Notes under the pieces: generated by a model
Told to the model about the DNA's origin: nothing
Seen by the model: the letters and a program-made list of their open reading frames with translations, nothing else
The model's database searches: none
Translations under genes and position numbers: made by a program
Shown here: piece by piece, positions 27,009-38,985 of the stretch
How positions within the stretch are numbered: position 1 is the first letter of the stretch
Layout of the letters: each line of letters starts with the position of its first letter
Origin: Bacteroidia bacterium
GTDB lineage: Bacteria; Bacteroidota; Bacteroidia; Flavobacteriales; Schleiferiaceae
NCBI GenBank assembly: GCA_030427785.1
Contig: JAUICR010000001.1
Location: 1-48,987, forward strand
Reading direction: 5' to 3'
Length of the DNA: 48,987 nt

Positions 27009-27049
27009 AAAAAAGCTGTGTCCTTAGTATTTAGGGCGCGGCTTTTTTT
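27009..27049 (+). terminator. Intrinsic terminator closing the lipoprotein/beta-barrel unit
   Basis: AAGCTGTGTCCT...AGGGCGCGGCTT stem (three G-U pairs, so favoured on the + strand) followed by T7. Confidence 0.75.
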
Positions 27050-27133
27050 AAAGATATTTGCCACTCCACAGGGGGTGTTCAGCTCCGCAATGTTAAGCTT
27101 GCAAAAAATCCTAAAACATTTTTTCTCAAGCTA

Positions 27134-27163
27134 TTGTCACAATTACAATTTGTTATACATTTG
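27134..27163 (+). promoter_or_regulatory. Bacteroidota sigma70 promoter of the ribosomal superoperon
   Basis: TTG (27134-27136), 19-nt spacer, TACATTTG (27156-27163): matches the -33/-7 consensus. Confidence 0.75.
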
Positions 27164-27219
27164 CACTCCCCAAAAAATGGGTACCTGTTGATTTTTAACA
27201 GCTTATATATAAAAGATAT

Positions 27220-27600
27220 ATGCCAACGATACAGCAATTAGTTCGTAAAGGACGAATTACCAACACAAAGAAGAGTAAATCAGCGGCTCTTCAATCTTCT
27301 CCACAAAGACGTGGCGTGTGTACACGTGTGTACACTACTACTCCAAAAAAACCAAACTCTGCAATGCGTAAAGTAGCAAGGGTAAGGTTGAGCAATGGTA
27401 ATGAGGTGAATGCCTACATACCAGGAGAAGGTCACAACTTACAAGAACACAGTATAGTGCTTGTGCGCGGAGGAAGAGTAAAAGATTTACCTGGTGTAAG
27501 ATATCATATTGTACGTGGTGCATTAGATACAGCCGGTGTAGCCGGTCGTACTCAGCGTAGAAGTAAGTACGGTGCGAAGAGACCAAAGGATAAAAAATAA
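27220..27600 (+). CDS. rpsL: 30S ribosomal protein S12
   Basis: [24 protein letters not shown]. Confidence 0.99.
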   Translation: MPTIQQLVRKGRITNTKKSKSAALQSSPQRRGVCTRVYTTTPKKPNSAMRKVARVRLSNGNEVNAYIPGEGHNLQEHSIVLVRGGRVKDLPGVRYHIVRGALDTAGVAGRTQRRSKYGAKRPKDKK

Positions 27601-27618
27601 TTCTCGATATAGGATAAC

Positions 27619-28095
27619 ATGAGAAAGACCAGAGCAAAAAAAAGACCCCTGTTACCAGATCCTCAGTATAACGATCAGTTGGTGACTCGCTTCGTAAACA
27701 TGATGATGTTGGATGGCAAGAAAAGCGTTGCCTACCGTATTTTTTATGATGCTATAGATGCAGTATCAGAAAAAACTCAGGAAGGTAATGGTTTAGAGTT
27801 GTGGAAAGAAGCCCTTAATAATGTGATGCCTCACGTAGAAGTACGTAGCCGCAGAGTAGGTGGTGCTACTTTTCAGATTCCAATGCAAATTCGTCCGGAT
27901 AGAAAGATTTCAATTGCTATGAAATGGCTTATCAGTTATTCTCGTAAGCGTAATGAGAAGTCGATGGCAGGCAAGTTGGCTGCTGAGATTTTGGCCGCTT
28001 CTAAAGAAGAAGGTGCAGCAGTGAAGAAAAGAATGGATACCCACAAAATGGCTGAGGCGAATAAAGCTTTTGCGCATTTCGGTCGGTTTAAATAA
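27619..28095 (+). CDS. rpsG: 30S ribosomal protein S7
   Basis: [28 protein letters not shown]. Confidence 0.99.
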   Translation: MRKTRAKKRPLLPDPQYNDQLVTRFVNMMMLDGKKSVAYRIFYDAIDAVSEKTQEGNGLELWKEALNNVMPHVEVRSRRVGGATFQIPMQIRPDRKISIAMKWLISYSRKRNEKSMAGKLAAEILAASKEEGAAVKKRMDTHKMAEANKAFAHFGRFK

Positions 28096-28121
28096 TTATT
28101 GTTAGAGACTCGTATTAAGCC

Positions 28122-30227
28122 ATGGCAAATAGAGATTTAAAATATACAAGAAACATTGGAATTGCTGCGCATATTGATGCTGGTAAAACAACAACTACCG
28201 AGCGTATACTATATTACGGTGGTATAAGTCATAAAATTGGTGAGGTGCATGATGGTGCTTCTACTATGGACTGGATGGAGCAGGAAGCTGAAAGAGGTAT
28301 TACCATTACTTCAGCTGCTACTACTGTGCCTTGGACCTATAGAGGAGATAATTACCATGTAAACATTATTGATACTCCAGGACACGTAGATTTTACCGTA
28401 GAGGTAAACCGTTCTCTTCGTGTATTGGATGGTTTGGTTTTCTTATTTAGTGCTGTAGATGGTGTGGAGCCACAGTCAGAAACTAACTGGAGATTGGCCG
28501 ATAATTACAATGTGCCTCGTATCGGATTTGTAAACAAAATGGATCGTTCGGGTGCAGATTTCTTAAACGTGGTAAACCAGGTTAAAGAAATGCTAGGTAG
28601 CCATGCTTTGCCATTGCAAATTCCTATTGGCTCTGAGGCTGATTTTAAAGGAGTGGTTGATTTGATCAACTTCCGTGGAATTACCTGGAATGAAGAAGAT
28701 CAAGGGATGACTTTTCAAGAAATTGAAATCCCAGCTGATATAGTAGAAGAAGCAACAGAGTATCGTGAAAAACTTTTGGAAGCAGTAGCGGAGTTTAACG
28801 ATACCTTGATGGAAAAATATTTTGAAGATCCAGAGTCTCTTACTGAAAGAGAAATTTTGGATGCTTTGCGCGAAGCTACAATTGCAGGAAAAGTAATTCC
28901 TATGATGTGTGGTTCTGCATTTAAAAATAAAGGTGTACAGGCAATGCTTGACATGGTAATGGAGATTCTTCCTTCGCCAATGGATGTAGAGGCTATTGTA
29001 GGTACAAATCCTAATACTGAGTTAGAGGAAAAAAGACGTCCAAGTGTAGATGAGCCTTTTGCTGCTTTAGCATTTAAGATTGCTACAGATCCATTTGTAG
29101 GTCGTTTGTGTTTTACACGTGCTTACTCAGGAAGATTAGAGTCTGGTTCGTATGTGCTGAATTCTCGTACCGGAAAGAAAGAAAGAATTTCAAGAATTTT
29201 CCAAATGCATGCTAATAAGCAAAATCAAATTGACAGCCTAGACGCTGGAGATATTGGTGCATTGGTAGGATTTAAGGATATTAAGACAGGAGACACGCTT
29301 TGTGCTGAAAAGAATCCAATCGTATTGGAGTCTATGGATTTTCCTGAGCCGGTAATTGGATTGGCAATTGAGCCAAAAACTCAAGCTGATGTTGATAAAC
29401 TAGGTGTTGCCCTTCATAAGTTGATGGAAGAGGATCCAACATTCCAGGTGAAGACCGATGAAGATTCGGGACAAACTGTAATTAGCGGAATGGGTGAGTT
29501 GCACTTAGATATTATTTGCGACCGTCTTAGAAGAGAATTTAAAGTAGAGGTAACTCAAGGAGCGCCTCAGGTATCGTACAAAGAAGCGGTAACTGGTAGC
29601 GTAGATCACCGTGAGGTTTATAAGAAACAATCAGGTGGTAGAGGTAAATTTGCTGATATCGTAGTAACGATAGGTGCAAGTGATTCTGAAGAGCCAGGTC
29701 TTGTTTTTGTAAATGAGATAAAAGGTGGAAACGTTCCTAAAGAATTTATTCCATCTGTAGAAAAAGGCTTTAAAGATGCTATGATAAATGGTGTTTTGGC
29801 TGGTTATCCACTAGATAGTCTTAAGGTAACTCTAAAGGATGGATCTTTCCACGCAGTGGATTCGGATGCACTTTCTTTTGAGCTTGCCGCAAAAATGGCT
29901 TACCGTGCTGCTTTGCCTAAGGCAAACCCAGTATTGCTAGAGCCAATTATGAAGCTTGAGGTACTTACTCCTGAAGAAAATATGGGAGATATAGTAGGTG
30001 ACCTTAACAGACGTAGAGGTGTGATGGAAGGAATGGGTGATCGTAACAATTCAAAAGTGATTAAGGCAAAAGTGCCATTGTCAGAGATGTTTGGTTATGT
30101 AACCGCACTAAGAACGATTTCTTCTGGTAGAGCAACATCTACTATGGAATTTTCACACTTTGCCGAAGCGCCTAAGAATGTGTCGGAAGAAGTGATAGCT
30201 AAAGTAAAAGGTAAACAACCTGCATAA
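28122..30227 (+). CDS. fusA: Elongation factor G
   Basis: [30 protein letters not shown]. Confidence 0.99.
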   Translation: MANRDLKYTRNIGIAAHIDAGKTTTTERILYYGGISHKIGEVHDGASTMDWMEQEAERGITITSAATTVPWTYRGDNYHVNIIDTPGHVDFTVEVNRSLRVLDGLVFLFSAVDGVEPQSETNWRLADNYNVPRIGFVNKMDRSGADFLNVVNQVKEMLGSHALPLQIPIGSEADFKGVVDLINFRGITWNEEDQGMTFQEIEIPADIVEEATEYREKLLEAVAEFNDTLMEKYFEDPESLTEREILDALREATIAGKVIPMMCGSAFKNKGVQAMLDMVMEILPSPMDVEAIVGTNPNTELEEKRRPSVDEPFAALAFKIATDPFVGRLCFTRAYSGRLESGSYVLNSRTGKKERISRIFQMHANKQNQIDSLDAGDIGALVGFKDIKTGDTLCAEKNPIVLESMDFPEPVIGLAIEPKTQADVDKLGVALHKLMEEDPTFQVKTDEDSGQTVISGMGELHLDIICDRLRREFKVEVTQGAPQVSYKEAVTGSVDHREVYKKQSGGRGKFADIVVTIGASDSEEPGLVFVNEIKGGNVPKEFIPSVEKGFKDAMINGVLAGYPLDSLKVTLKDGSFHAVDSDALSFELAAKMAYRAALPKANPVLLEPIMKLEVLTPEENMGDIVGDLNRRRGVMEGMGDRNNSKVIKAKVPLSEMFGYVTALRTISSGRATSTMEFSHFAEAPKNVSEEVIAKVKGKQPA

Positions 30228-30236
30228 GACAGAAAG

Positions 30237-30542
30237 ATGAGCCAAAAGATTAGAATTAAATTAAAGTCATACGATTACAACTTGGTAGATAAATCTGCTG
30301 AAAAAATCGTGAAAACAGTAAAGAGTACAGGTGCTATTATCAATGGCCCTATTCCTTTGCCTACTAATAAAAGAATTTACACAGTGCTTCGTTCACCTCA
30401 CGTAAATAAGAAGTCAAGAGAGCAGTTTGAGCTTTCCTCTTACAAGAGGTTGCTTGATATCTACTCATCTTCTTCAAAGACGATTGACGCTCTGATGAAA
30501 TTAGAGTTGCCAAGTGGAGTAGAGGTTGAAATTAAAGTGTAA
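30237..30542 (+). CDS. rpsJ: 30S ribosomal protein S10
   Basis: [30 protein letters not shown]. Confidence 0.99.
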   Translation: MSQKIRIKLKSYDYNLVDKSAEKIVKTVKSTGAIINGPIPLPTNKRIYTVLRSPHVNKKSREQFELSSYKRLLDIYSSSSKTIDALMKLELPSGVEVEIKV

Positions 30543-30573
30543 GTAAGTTTAATAATTTTTAAATAAGTATCAA

Positions 30574-31191
30574 ATGCCTGGAATGATCGGTAAAAAGATC
30601 GGGATGACAAGCCTCTTTGACGAAAATGGTAAGAACTTACCATGTACAGTCATCAAAGCAGGACCTTGTGTAGTTACCCAAGTAAAGACCATGGAAGTAG
30701 ATGGCTACGAAGCAGTTCAAGTTGCTTACGGAGACAAATCCGAAAAGAATGTACCTAACGCATTAGTAGGACATTTCAAAAAAGCTGGATCTACCCCAAA
30801 ACAAAAAGTAATTGAATTTGACATGCCTGAGGCCGAACTAAAGCTAGGGGATGAAATTGGCGTTGACATTTTTGCGGAAGGCGAATATGTAGATGTTAGT
30901 GGAAATTCAAAAGGAAAAGGTTTTCAAGGAGTTGTAAAGCGTCACAATTTTGGTGGTGTGGGACAAGCAACTCATGGTCAGCATAACCGTTTACGTGCAC
31001 CAGGTTCTATCGGAGCTGGTTCTGATCCATCTCGTGTATTTAAGGGTATGAAGATGGCCGGACGCATGGGAGGTAAGAAAGTATTAGTAGAGAACTTACA
31101 AGTTCTTAAGGTAGATAGAGAAAATAATCTTTTGGTAGTATCAGGTTCTATTCCTGGACCAAAGAATTCAATCGTAATAATTAGTAAGTGA
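30574..31191 (+). CDS. rplC: 50S ribosomal protein L3
   Basis: [31 protein letters not shown]. Confidence 0.99.
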   Translation: MPGMIGKKIGMTSLFDENGKNLPCTVIKAGPCVVTQVKTMEVDGYEAVQVAYGDKSEKNVPNALVGHFKKAGSTPKQKVIEFDMPEAELKLGDEIGVDIFAEGEYVDVSGNSKGKGFQGVVKRHNFGGVGQATHGQHNRLRAPGSIGAGSDPSRVFKGMKMAGRMGGKKVLVENLQVLKVDRENNLLVVSGSIPGPKNSIVIISK

Positions 31192-31820
31192 TGGAATTAG
31201 CGGTATTAAATAAAGAAGGTAAAGAAACTGGCCGTAAGGTTAAGCTTGCCGATAGTGTGTATGCCATAGAACCTAACCATCACGCTATATATCTTGATGT
31301 AAAACAGTACTTGGCCAATCAGCGCCAAGGAACACACAAGTCAAAAGAGCGTGGCGAGATTGCCCGTACTACTAAAAAGTTCTTCCGTCAAAAGGGAACT
31401 GGTAATGCACGTGTAGGATCATTGCGTTCGCCACTGCAAAGAGGTGGGGGTACTGTATTTGGACCTCGCCCTCATGGATATGGTTTTAAATTGAATAAGA
31501 AGCTAAAAGCTTTGGCTCGTAAATCTGCACTTACTATTAAGGCAGAATCAAAGAGTATTCAAGTTCTGGAGACTCCTAAAATGGATGTTCCAAAGACTAA
31601 AGATTTCATTGGTATGATTAAGTCTTTAGGCCTAGATGGAAAAAAGTCTCTTATAGTGCTTGGTGAGTCAAATAAAACTATATATTTGTCGTCCCGAAAT
31701 TTTAAGGGGTCTACGGTTGTAACTGCTTCAGAGCTAAACACTTATAGTCTTATGAAGGCTCAAAGTGTAGTTTTAACCGAAGATTCATTAGAGAAACTGG
31801 AAAACCTTTTAAGTAAATAA
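31191..31820 (+). CDS. rplD: 50S ribosomal protein L4
   Basis: RQGTH, RQKGTGNAR, GGGTVFGP. ATG at 31191 overlaps the rplC stop. Confidence 0.98.
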   Translation: MELAVLNKEGKETGRKVKLADSVYAIEPNHHAIYLDVKQYLANQRQGTHKSKERGEIARTTKKFFRQKGTGNARVGSLRSPLQRGGGTVFGPRPHGYGFKLNKKLKALARKSALTIKAESKSIQVLETPKMDVPKTKDFIGMIKSLGLDGKKSLIVLGESNKTIYLSSRNFKGSTVVTASELNTYSLMKAQSVVLTEDSLEKLENLLSK

Positions 31821-31823
31821 GCA

Positions 31824-32114
31824 ATGGGTATCTTGATAAGACCGGTAATTACAGAGAAAGCAACAGCGGATAGTGAAGACAATAATCGCTTTGCCTTTGT
31901 AGTGGACAAAAAGGCTAATAAGATTGAAGTTAAGGTAGCCGTTGAAAAACTATATGGTGTGAACGTTGAAAAGGTTCGTACTATGTTGATACCTGGAAAG
32001 AAGAAATCTAGAAACACTAAGAACGGTGTGGTTAGTGGAACTACAGGAATGTATAAAAAAGCTATTGTAGAGGTTCGTAGTGGTGAGACCATCGACCTTT
32101 ATAGTAATATATAA
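31824..32114 (+). CDS. rplW: 50S ribosomal protein L23
   Basis: [20 protein letters not shown]. Position in S10 operon. Confidence 0.98.
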   Translation: MGILIRPVITEKATADSEDNNRFAFVVDKKANKIEVKVAVEKLYGVNVEKVRTMLIPGKKKSRNTKNGVVSGTTGMYKKAIVEVRSGETIDLYSNI

Positions 32115-32118
32115 GACC

Positions 32119-32946
32119 ATGGGAGTAAGAAAGTTAAAACCGGTAACCCCCGGCCAGCGTTTCAGAATCGTTAATGATAACGAGAACATTACTGCAGCTA
32201 AGCCAGAGAAGTCTTTGGTGAAGGGTAATGGAGGGAAATCTGGTGGTAGAAATAATAGCGGTAAAATGACTATCCGCAATGTAGGTGGTGGTCATAAAAA
32301 GCGCTATAGAGAAATTGATTTTAAACGCGAAAAGGATGGTATTCCTGCTACTGTAAAGTCAGTAGAGTATGATCCAAATCGTACTGCTCGTATTGCTCTT
32401 TTGTATTATGCAGATGGAGAGAAGCGATACATTATCGCACCTAGCGGATTGCAGGTTGGACAAACTGTGGTTAGCGGTGAGGGTGTAGCTCCAGAAATTG
32501 GAAACGCACTTTTGCTTTCAGAGATTCCTTTAGGTACAGTAATTAGCAATATAGAAATGAGACCTGGGCAAGGAGCTGTAATAGCACGTAGCGCTGGTTC
32601 ATTTGCACAACTATCAGCTAGAGATGGTAAGTATGCCATCATTAAGTTGCCTAGTGGTGAGAGTAGAATGATTCTTGTTACTTGTAAAGCTACAATTGGA
32701 GCTGTAAGTAACTCTGATAACTCACAAGAAGTTTCAGGTAAGGCAGGTCGTTCTAGATGGCAAGGAAGAAGACCAAGAGTAAGAGGTGTAGCGATGAACC
32801 CGGTAGATCACCCGATGGGTGGTGGTGAAGGTAGAGCTTCAGGAGGTCATCCACGCTCTCGCAACGGTATTCCAGCTAAGGGTTATAAAACTCGTAAGCC
32901 TAAGAAGGAGTCGAACAAGTATATCATAGAAAGAAGGAAAAAATAA
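32119..32946 (+). CDS. rplB: 50S ribosomal protein L2
   Basis: [30 protein letters not shown]. Start moved to ATG 32119 (MGVRKLKP). Confidence 0.99.
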   Translation: MGVRKLKPVTPGQRFRIVNDNENITAAKPEKSLVKGNGGKSGGRNNSGKMTIRNVGGGHKKRYREIDFKREKDGIPATVKSVEYDPNRTARIALLYYADGEKRYIIAPSGLQVGQTVVSGEGVAPEIGNALLLSEIPLGTVISNIEMRPGQGAVIARSAGSFAQLSARDGKYAIIKLPSGESRMILVTCKATIGAVSNSDNSQEVSGKAGRSRWQGRRPRVRGVAMNPVDHPMGGGEGRASGGHPRSRNGIPAKGYKTRKPKKESNKYIIERRKK

Positions 32947-32952
32947 TAAGAA

Positions 32953-33234
32953 ATGGCAAGGTCACTAAAAAAAGGTCCATTTATACATTACAAGCTTGAA
33001 AAGCGAGTAAATCAAAATTTGGAGGAAAAAAAGAAGACAGTAGTAAAAACATACTCTAGAGCTTCCATGATATCTCCAGACTTTGTAGGACAAACTATTG
33101 CCGTTCATAACGGACGCACCTTTGTTCCAGTATACGTTACTGAAAACATGGTAGGGCACAAGTTGGGTGAATTTTCACCAACACGTACATACCGTGGACA
33201 CGGAGGAAACAAGAAAGATAAAGGTAAGCGCTAA
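32953..33234 (+). CDS. rpsS: 30S ribosomal protein S19
   Basis: [24 protein letters not shown]. Confidence 0.99.
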   Translation: MARSLKKGPFIHYKLEKRVNQNLEEKKKTVVKTYSRASMISPDFVGQTIAVHNGRTFVPVYVTENMVGHKLGEFSPTRTYRGHGGNKKDKGKR

Positions 33235-33246
33235 TTATTTTAAGAC

Positions 33247-33681
33247 ATGGGTGCTAGAAAAAAGATAAAAGCAGATGCTATGAAGGAAGCCCGCAAAAGC
33301 GTGGCCTTCGCAAAGCTTAACAACTGTCCAACTTCTCCTCGTAAGATGAGAATTGTGGCTGACATGATTAGAGGAGTACAAGTGGAAAAGGCATTATTTA
33401 TGCTGAAACACAGTAGTAAAGAGGCTAGTAATAGGCTTGAAACTTTATTGCTATCCGCCTTAAATAATTGGCAGCAAAAGAATGAAGGAGCTCGCATTGA
33501 AGATGCTGAACTTTTTGTAAAAGAAATTTCAGTAGACAGTGCAAGAATGTTGAAGAGAATTCAACCAGCACCTCAAGGTCGTGCACACCGCGTACGCAAG
33601 AGAAGTAACCACGTTACTATCGTTGTAGATGCTAAGAATGCACAAGAAGTAGTAGAAGAAGTTAACGAAAGTAATTCATAA
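33247..33681 (+). CDS. rplV: 50S ribosomal protein L22
   Basis: [26 protein letters not shown]-terminal extension typical of the phylum. Confidence 0.98.
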   Translation: MGARKKIKADAMKEARKSVAFAKLNNCPTSPRKMRIVADMIRGVQVEKALFMLKHSSKEASNRLETLLLSALNNWQQKNEGARIEDAELFVKEISVDSARMLKRIQPAPQGRAHRVRKRSNHVTIVVDAKNAQEVVEEVNESNS

Positions 33682-33685
33682 CCGA

Positions 33686-34420
33686 ATGGGACAGAAGACT
33701 AACCCGATAGGTAACAGATTAGGTTTCATCCGTGGATGGGATAGCAACTGGTACGGTGGAAGAGATTATGGCGATAAGCTAGCAGAAGATGACAAAATAC
33801 GCAAGTATTTGTATGCTCGACTTGCAAAGGCAAGTGTAAGCCGCATCATTATTGAGCGTACTCTTAAGCTGGTTACCGTAACTGTAACTACTAGCCGTCC
33901 TGGTATTATTATCGGAAAAGGTGGCCAAGAGGTAGATAAGCTTAAAGAAGAGCTAAAGAAGATTACTCAGAAAGAAGTACAGATTAACATCTTCGAGATA
34001 AAGAGACCAGAACTTGATGCTAAATTGGTAGCTGACAGTATTGCTCGTCAAATCGAAGGACGTATAAGCTTTAGAAGAGCTATTAAAATGGCCATCGCAG
34101 CGAGCATGAGAATGGGAGCTGAGGGCATTAAAGTAATGGCTTCTGGAAGATTAAATGGTGCAGAAATGGCACGTTCAGAAATGTATAAAGACGGAAGAAC
34201 TCCTCTTCATACCTTTAGAGCAGACATTGATTATGCATTAGCTGAGGCACAAACTACTTATGGATTAATTGGCATCAAGGTGTGGGTTATGAAAGGAGAA
34301 GTATATGGTAAGAGAGATTTGAGTAACCTGTTGGGTACTACTTCTAAAGGAGGTGGTAAGCAAGGAGGATCAGATCGCCCGAGCCGTGGCCGAGGAGGAA
34401 TGAAAGGAAAAAGAAAATAG
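33686..34420 (+). CDS. rpsC: 30S ribosomal protein S3
   Basis: [38 protein letters not shown]. Confidence 0.99.
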   Translation: MGQKTNPIGNRLGFIRGWDSNWYGGRDYGDKLAEDDKIRKYLYARLAKASVSRIIIERTLKLVTVTVTTSRPGIIIGKGGQEVDKLKEELKKITQKEVQINIFEIKRPELDAKLVADSIARQIEGRISFRRAIKMAIAASMRMGAEGIKVMASGRLNGAEMARSEMYKDGRTPLHTFRADIDYALAEAQTTYGLIGIKVWVMKGEVYGKRDLSNLLGTTSKGGGKQGGSDRPSRGRGGMKGKRK

Positions 34421-34443
34421 GATTTTAAAGAGAACATTCTACA

Positions 34444-34866
34444 ATGTTACAACCTAAGAAAACAAAGCACAGAAAGACGTTTAAAGGCCGCATGAAAGGC
34501 AATGCACAAAGAGGATCACAAGTGGCCTTCGGAAGTTTTGCCATCAAAGCTATGGATGAGATTTTTATCACATCACGTCAGATAGAAGCAGCTCGTATCG
34601 CAGCAACGCGTTACATGAAAAGAGAAGGTCAGTTATGGATTAGAATTTTTCCAGACAAACCTATCACTAGCAAGCCAGCTGAAGTACGTATGGGTAAAGG
34701 AAAAGGAGCTTTGGACCACTGGGTAGCAGTTGTAAAACCAGGGCGAATCATTTTCGAACTTGATGGAGTATCTTCTGAAATTGCTCAGGAGGCATTGCGT
34801 CTAGCAGCTCAAAAGCTTCCGGTGAAAACCAAGTTTGTAACTAGAAGAGATTATGTAGGTGCCTAA
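34444..34866 (+). CDS. rplP: 50S ribosomal protein L16
   Basis: MLQPK, QIEAAR, RMGKGKG, KLPVK. Confidence 0.99.
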   Translation: MLQPKKTKHRKTFKGRMKGNAQRGSQVAFGSFAIKAMDEIFITSRQIEAARIAATRYMKREGQLWIRIFPDKPITSKPAEVRMGKGKGALDHWVAVVKPGRIIFELDGVSSEIAQEALRLAAQKLPVKTKFVTRRDYVGA

Positions 34867-34881
34867 AACACTATAGATATT

Positions 34882-35085
34882 ATGAAAGCATCTGTTGTAA
34901 AAGAAATGACCACTCAGGAATTAAAAGATCAACTTTTTGAAACAAAGTTGAGCTACTCTAAAATGAAAATGGGACACACCATTTCACCTTTAGAGAATCC
35001 TACCGAATTAAAAAGCAATCGTAAGGATATCGCAAGGATGTTTACGGAACTGCGCAATCGTGAATTAAACACCGAATCGAAATAA
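34882..35085 (+). CDS. rpmC: 50S ribosomal protein L29
   Basis: LENP...RKDIAR. Position between rplP and rpsQ. Confidence 0.96.
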   Translation: MKASVVKEMTTQELKDQLFETKLSYSKMKMGHTISPLENPTELKSNRKDIARMFTELRNRELNTESK

Positions 35086-35092
35086 ATTTCTG

Positions 35093-35356
35093 ATGGAAGA
35101 TATTAAAAGAAATTTAAGAAAGGAACGTATCGGTATCGTTACTAGTGATAAAATGGATAAGTCCATTACTGTAATGGTAGAGCGTAAAAAGAAGCACCCG
35201 ATGTATGGTAAGTTTATTAAGCTTACTAATAAGTTCCATGCTCATGATGAAAACAATGATTGTAACGCAGGTGATACTGTGCGCATCATGGAAACTCGTC
35301 CGATGAGCAAAACCAAGAAGTGGAGATTAGTAGAAATCATTGAAAGGGCTAAGTAA
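35093..35356 (+). CDS. rpsQ: 30S ribosomal protein S17
   Basis: [27 protein letters not shown]. Confidence 0.99.
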   Translation: MEDIKRNLRKERIGIVTSDKMDKSITVMVERKKKHPMYGKFIKLTNKFHAHDENNDCNAGDTVRIMETRPMSKTKKWRLVEIIERAK

Positions 35357-35358
35357 AA

Positions 35359-35727
35359 ATGTTACAGCAAGAATCAAGACTAAAAGTAGCTGATAACACA
35401 GGAGCAAAGGAAGTACTTTGTATTCGTGTGCTAGGCGGTACCAAAAGAAGATACGCTTCAGTAGGTGATAAAATTGTAGTTTCTGTAAAGCAAGCTACCC
35501 CTTCAGGTAACGTAAAAAAAGGAGTGGTATCTACTGCGGTAGTAGTGCGTACTAAAAAAGAAATTCGCAGAGCAGACGGATCTTACATCCGTTTTGATGA
35601 CAATGCTTGTGTACTTCTTAATGCTCAAGGAGAAATGAGAGGTACCCGTGTATTTGGGCCTGTGTCTCGTGAGCTGCGTGATAAACAATTTATGAAAATA
35701 GTATCTCTGGCACCAGAGGTGTTGTAA
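35359..35727 (+). CDS. rplN: 50S ribosomal protein L14
   Basis: [23 protein letters not shown]. Confidence 0.99.
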   Translation: MLQQESRLKVADNTGAKEVLCIRVLGGTKRRYASVGDKIVVSVKQATPSGNVKKGVVSTAVVVRTKKEIRRADGSYIRFDDNACVLLNAQGEMRGTRVFGPVSRELRDKQFMKIVSLAPEVL

Positions 35728-35738
35728 ATAATAGAAAG

Positions 35739-36056
35739 ATGGCAAAGTTTCACATTAAAAAAGGCGATACCGTAAAGGTGCTATCCGGAGAAGACAAAGG
35801 TCAGACTGGAAAAGTTATAGAAATGCTTGTTGGTAAAAACAAGGCATTAGTAGAAGGTATTAACCTTGTGAAAAAACACAATAAGCCTAGCGCTACCAGT
35901 CCACAAGGAGGTATCACTGAGCAAGAAGCACCTATTCACCTTTCTAACCTTATGTATGTAGATGCTAATGGCACTGCCTCTCGTATAGGTCGTAAGAAGG
36001 GAGAAGATGGTAAGCTAGTAAGATTTTCAAAGAAAACACAAGAGATCATTAAGTAA
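35739..36056 (+). CDS. rplX: 50S ribosomal protein L24
   Basis: IKKGDTV (KOW), [13 protein letters not shown]. Confidence 0.99.
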   Translation: MAKFHIKKGDTVKVLSGEDKGQTGKVIEMLVGKNKALVEGINLVKKHNKPSATSPQGGITEQEAPIHLSNLMYVDANGTASRIGRKKGEDGKLVRFSKKTQEIIK

Positions 36057-36604
36057 TGAACTACGTACCAACATTAAAGCAAAAGTACCGCGATGAAGTA
36101 GTTGGAGCTCTTACCAAAGAGTTTGATTACAGCAACGTGATGGAGGTTCCACGCCTTGAAAAGATTGTACTTTCTCAAGGGGTAGGAGAAGCTACCGCAG
36201 ATAAGAAATTGGTAGAATACGCCATTGACGAAATGTCGCGTATCAGTGGCCAAAAGGCTATACCAACCTACTCAAAGAAGGATATCTCTAACTTTAAGTT
36301 GAGAAAAGGGATGCCTATTGGAGCGAAGGTAACTTTACGTGGAGCAAATATGTATGAGTTTTTAGAGCGCTTAATTTGGGCTTCATTACCTCGTATACGT
36401 GATTTTAACGGTATAAAGAATAGTGGGTTTGACGGACGTGGTAACTACACATTAGGAGTTACTGAGCAAATCATTTTCCCAGAGATCAATATTGATCAAA
36501 CCAATCGCATTACTGGTATGGATATCACATTTGTGACTTCTGCAAATACTGATAAAGAAGCGAAGGCATTATTAAAGAGTTTTGGATTTCCTTTTAAGAA
36601 ATAG
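36056..36604 (+). CDS. rplE: 50S ribosomal protein L5
   Basis: [29 protein letters not shown]. Confidence 0.99.
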   Translation: MNYVPTLKQKYRDEVVGALTKEFDYSNVMEVPRLEKIVLSQGVGEATADKKLVEYAIDEMSRISGQKAIPTYSKKDISNFKLRKGMPIGAKVTLRGANMYEFLERLIWASLPRIRDFNGIKNSGFDGRGNYTLGVTEQIIFPEINIDQTNRITGMDITFVTSANTDKEAKALLKSFGFPFKK

Positions 36605-36606
36605 TT

Positions 36607-36876
36607 ATGGCTAAAGAATCGATGAAAGCCCGCGAGGTAAAGCGGAAAAGAACAGTAGAAAAGTATGCTGAAAAGCGTGCAGCTTTAAAAGCAGCTGGCG
36701 ACTATGAAGGCTTGCAAAAACTACCAAAAAATGCTTCGCCAATTAGAATGCATAACCGTTGTAAGATTACAGGTCGTCCAAAGGGTTATATGCGTCAGTT
36801 CGGACTATCACGTGTAACGTTTAGGGAAATGGCCAACAATGGTCTTATACCAGGAGTTAAAAAAGCTAGTTGGTAA
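36607..36876 (+). CDS. rpsN: 30S ribosomal protein S14 (89-aa, zinc-ribbon-less type)
   Basis: NRCKITGRP...[14 protein letters not shown]. Only one Cys. Confidence 0.99.
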   Translation: MAKESMKAREVKRKRTVEKYAEKRAALKAAGDYEGLQKLPKNASPIRMHNRCKITGRPKGYMRQFGLSRVTFREMANNGLIPGVKKASW

Positions 36877-36893
36877 TTATATTTATTTAAGAA

Positions 36894-37295
36894 ATGGTTA
36901 CAGATCCAATTGCAGATTATCTAACAAGAGTTAGAAACGCCATGATGGCAGGACATAAAATAGTAGAAATTCCAGCTTCAAATTTGAAAACTGAGATTAC
37001 TAAGATTTTACATGATCAAGGGTATATTCTTAACTACAAAGTAGAAGAAGATAAGGGTCCTCAGGGATCTATAAAAATAGCTTTGAAATACGATAGAGTG
37101 ACTGAAGAGCCTGCTATCCGTTCGCTAGAGCGCGTAAGTAAGCCTGGCTTGAGAAAGTATTCTTCAAGCGCTGATTTACCTAGAGTAATCAACGGATTAG
37201 GCGTTGCTATTGTTTCAACCTCAAAAGGATTGATGACCGATAAGCAAGCAAGAAAAGATAAAGTAGGAGGCGAAGTACTTTGCTTCGTATACTAG
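36894..37295 (+). CDS. rpsH: 30S ribosomal protein S8
   Basis: DPIADYLTRVRNA, SKPGLR, STSKG, GGEV. Confidence 0.99.
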   Translation: MVTDPIADYLTRVRNAMMAGHKIVEIPASNLKTEITKILHDQGYILNYKVEEDKGPQGSIKIALKYDRVTEEPAIRSLERVSKPGLRKYSSSADLPRVINGLGVAIVSTSKGLMTDKQARKDKVGGEVLCFVY

Positions 37296-37322
37296 ATAAG
37301 AATTTAAAGAACGCATAATAGC

Positions 37323-37874
37323 ATGTCACGAATAGGATTAGCCCCCATAACACTTCCAGCCGATGTTCAGTTGAGCATCAATGGGAATACTATTTCTGTA
37401 AAAGGAAAGTTGGGTGAATTGACTCAGGATATTCCAGAAAGCATTAAAATAAACCAGAATGATGGTGAAATTAATGTAGAGCGTATGAACGAAGAGAAGC
37501 AAACAAAAGCTTATCATGGTTTGTACCGCGCACTTATTGCCAATATGATAGAAGGCGTAACAAAAGGTTTTGAAAGAAAGCTTGAGTTAGTAGGTGTTGG
37601 ATATAGAGCTAGTAATCAAGGACAGAATTTAGATTTATCTCTAGGTTACTCTCACAATATTTTGTTTCAAGTACCGAATGAGGTAAAAGTAGAAACAGTA
37701 TCTGATAAAGGAAAAAATCCTATTATCATCCTTAATAGTTTTGACAAGCAATTAGTAGGAGCAGTTGCGGCTAAAATTCGTTCGTTTCGTAAGCCTGAGC
37801 CATACAAAGGAAAAGGTGTTAAATACGTTGGAGAATTCATCAGAAGAAAAGCCGGTAAAACCGCTAGTAAATAA
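37323..37874 (+). CDS. rplF: 50S ribosomal protein L6
   Basis: MSRIG, GVGYRA, PEPYKGKG. Confidence 0.99.
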   Translation: MSRIGLAPITLPADVQLSINGNTISVKGKLGELTQDIPESIKINQNDGEINVERMNEEKQTKAYHGLYRALIANMIEGVTKGFERKLELVGVGYRASNQGQNLDLSLGYSHNILFQVPNEVKVETVSDKGKNPIIILNSFDKQLVGAVAAKIRSFRKPEPYKGKGVKYVGEFIRRKAGKTASK

Positions 37875-37880
37875 TAAGAG

Positions 37881-38234
37881 ATGGCACTTACCAAAGCACA
37901 AAGAAGAACACGCATTAAGCGTAGAGTTAGAAAAACCGTTCAAGGTACTAACAGCAAGCCTAGACTATCTGTATACAGAAGTAATAAGGAAATTTATGCC
38001 CAAATTATTAATGACGTAGATAGCAAGACTCTTGCTGCCGCATCATCATTAGATAAGGCAATTGCTAAAGAAGGAACTAAGAGTGATGTAGCAAAAGCTG
38101 TAGGCAAGGCCATAGCAGAAAGAGCCATTGCTAGCGGAATAGAATCGATTGCTTTTGATCGCAATGGATACTTGTATCACGGAAGAATCAAATCTTTGGC
38201 TGATGGAGCTAGAGAAGGCGGACTAAAATTTTAA
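37881..38234 (+). CDS. rplR: 50S ribosomal protein L18
   Basis: [26 protein letters not shown]. Confidence 0.99.
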   Translation: MALTKAQRRTRIKRRVRKTVQGTNSKPRLSVYRSNKEIYAQIINDVDSKTLAAASSLDKAIAKEGTKSDVAKAVGKAIAERAIASGIESIAFDRNGYLYHGRIKSLADGAREGGLKF

Positions 38235-38243
38235 GTTACTACG

Positions 38244-38768
38244 ATGATAAAAGGTCATAAAAACGTACAACGTGTAAAGCCCAGCGGATTAGAACTTACT
38301 GATAGAGTAGTAGGTGTACAAAGGGTAACCAAAGTAACTAAGGGTGGTAGAACCTTCGGATTCTCAGCCATCGTAGTTGTAGGAGATGAAAAAGGTGTAG
38401 TAGGATTCGGTTTAGGAAAATCTAAAGAAGTATCTGAAGCCATCCAAAAAGGAATAGAAGATGCTAAGAAGAACTTGGTACGTATTCCACTAGTAAAAAA
38501 TACAATTCCACATGCACAATCTGGAAAGTATGGTGGAGCTAGAGTATTCTTAAGACCAGCCTCTAATGGTACTGGAGTTATAGCAGGTGGTTCTATGAGA
38601 GCTGTGTTAGAGAGCCTTGGAGTACATGATGTACTAGCTAAGTCTAAAGGATCTTCAAACCCGCACAACGTAGTAAAGGCAACTTTTGATTGCTTATTAA
38701 AATTACGCGATGCAGGTACTATAGCTAAGACTCGTGGAATTACAGTAGAAAAAGTATTCAACGGATAA
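38244..38768 (+). CDS. rpsE: 30S ribosomal protein S5
   Basis: [25 protein letters not shown]. Confidence 0.99.
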   Translation: MIKGHKNVQRVKPSGLELTDRVVGVQRVTKVTKGGRTFGFSAIVVVGDEKGVVGFGLGKSKEVSEAIQKGIEDAKKNLVRIPLVKNTIPHAQSGKYGGARVFLRPASNGTGVIAGGSMRAVLESLGVHDVLAKSKGSSNPHNVVKATFDCLLKLRDAGTIAKTRGITVEKVFNG

Positions 38769-38779
38769 AATTAAGCTAG

Positions 38780-38965
38780 ATGGCTACAATTAAAGTAAAA
38801 CAAGTACGCAGCAAAATAAACCGCCCAGAGAGACAGAAAAGAACTCTAGAGGCATTAGGTTTGCGCAAAATGAATCAGGTGGTTGAACACGAAGCTACTC
38901 CTCAGATATTGGGAATGGTGAATAAAGTGTCTCATTTGGTAGAAGTAATAGAAGAAGGTAAGTAA
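38780..38965 (+). CDS. rpmD: 50S ribosomal protein L30
   Basis: [19 protein letters not shown]. Confidence 0.98.
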   Translation: MATIKVKQVRSKINRPERQKRTLEALGLRKMNQVVEHEATPQILGMVNKVSHLVEVIEEGK

Positions 38966-38985
38966 CATCTGTTAAGATTTAAGTG

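Noticed and set aside
27062-27077. Small hairpin CACTCC-aca-GGGGGTG between the terminator and the rpsL promoter
   Set aside because: Short, needs a G-U pair, lies upstream of the predicted promoter, and has no tRNA or known ncRNA features.
25169-27219. Possibility that the uvrD-rpsL insert is a mobile element
   Set aside because: No integrase, transposase, terminal inverted repeats or tRNA target seen, and the 11-bp direct repeat does not flank both ends. Kept only as an accessory islet.
30228-30236. No tuf between fusA and rpsJ; no adk/map between secY and infA
   Set aside because: Normal gene order for this lineage, not a deletion.
38255-38761. 168-aa antisense ORF over rpsE, and similar antisense ORFs over azurin, the ABC permease, dnaJ, uvrD, rplQ and rpsA (e.g. 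12036-12374, 16018-16434, 18964-19293, 24071-24553, 43807-44223, 48206-48526)
   Set aside because: They lie wholly opposite well-conserved genes, have no recognisable motifs, and are explained by codon bias of the real gene.
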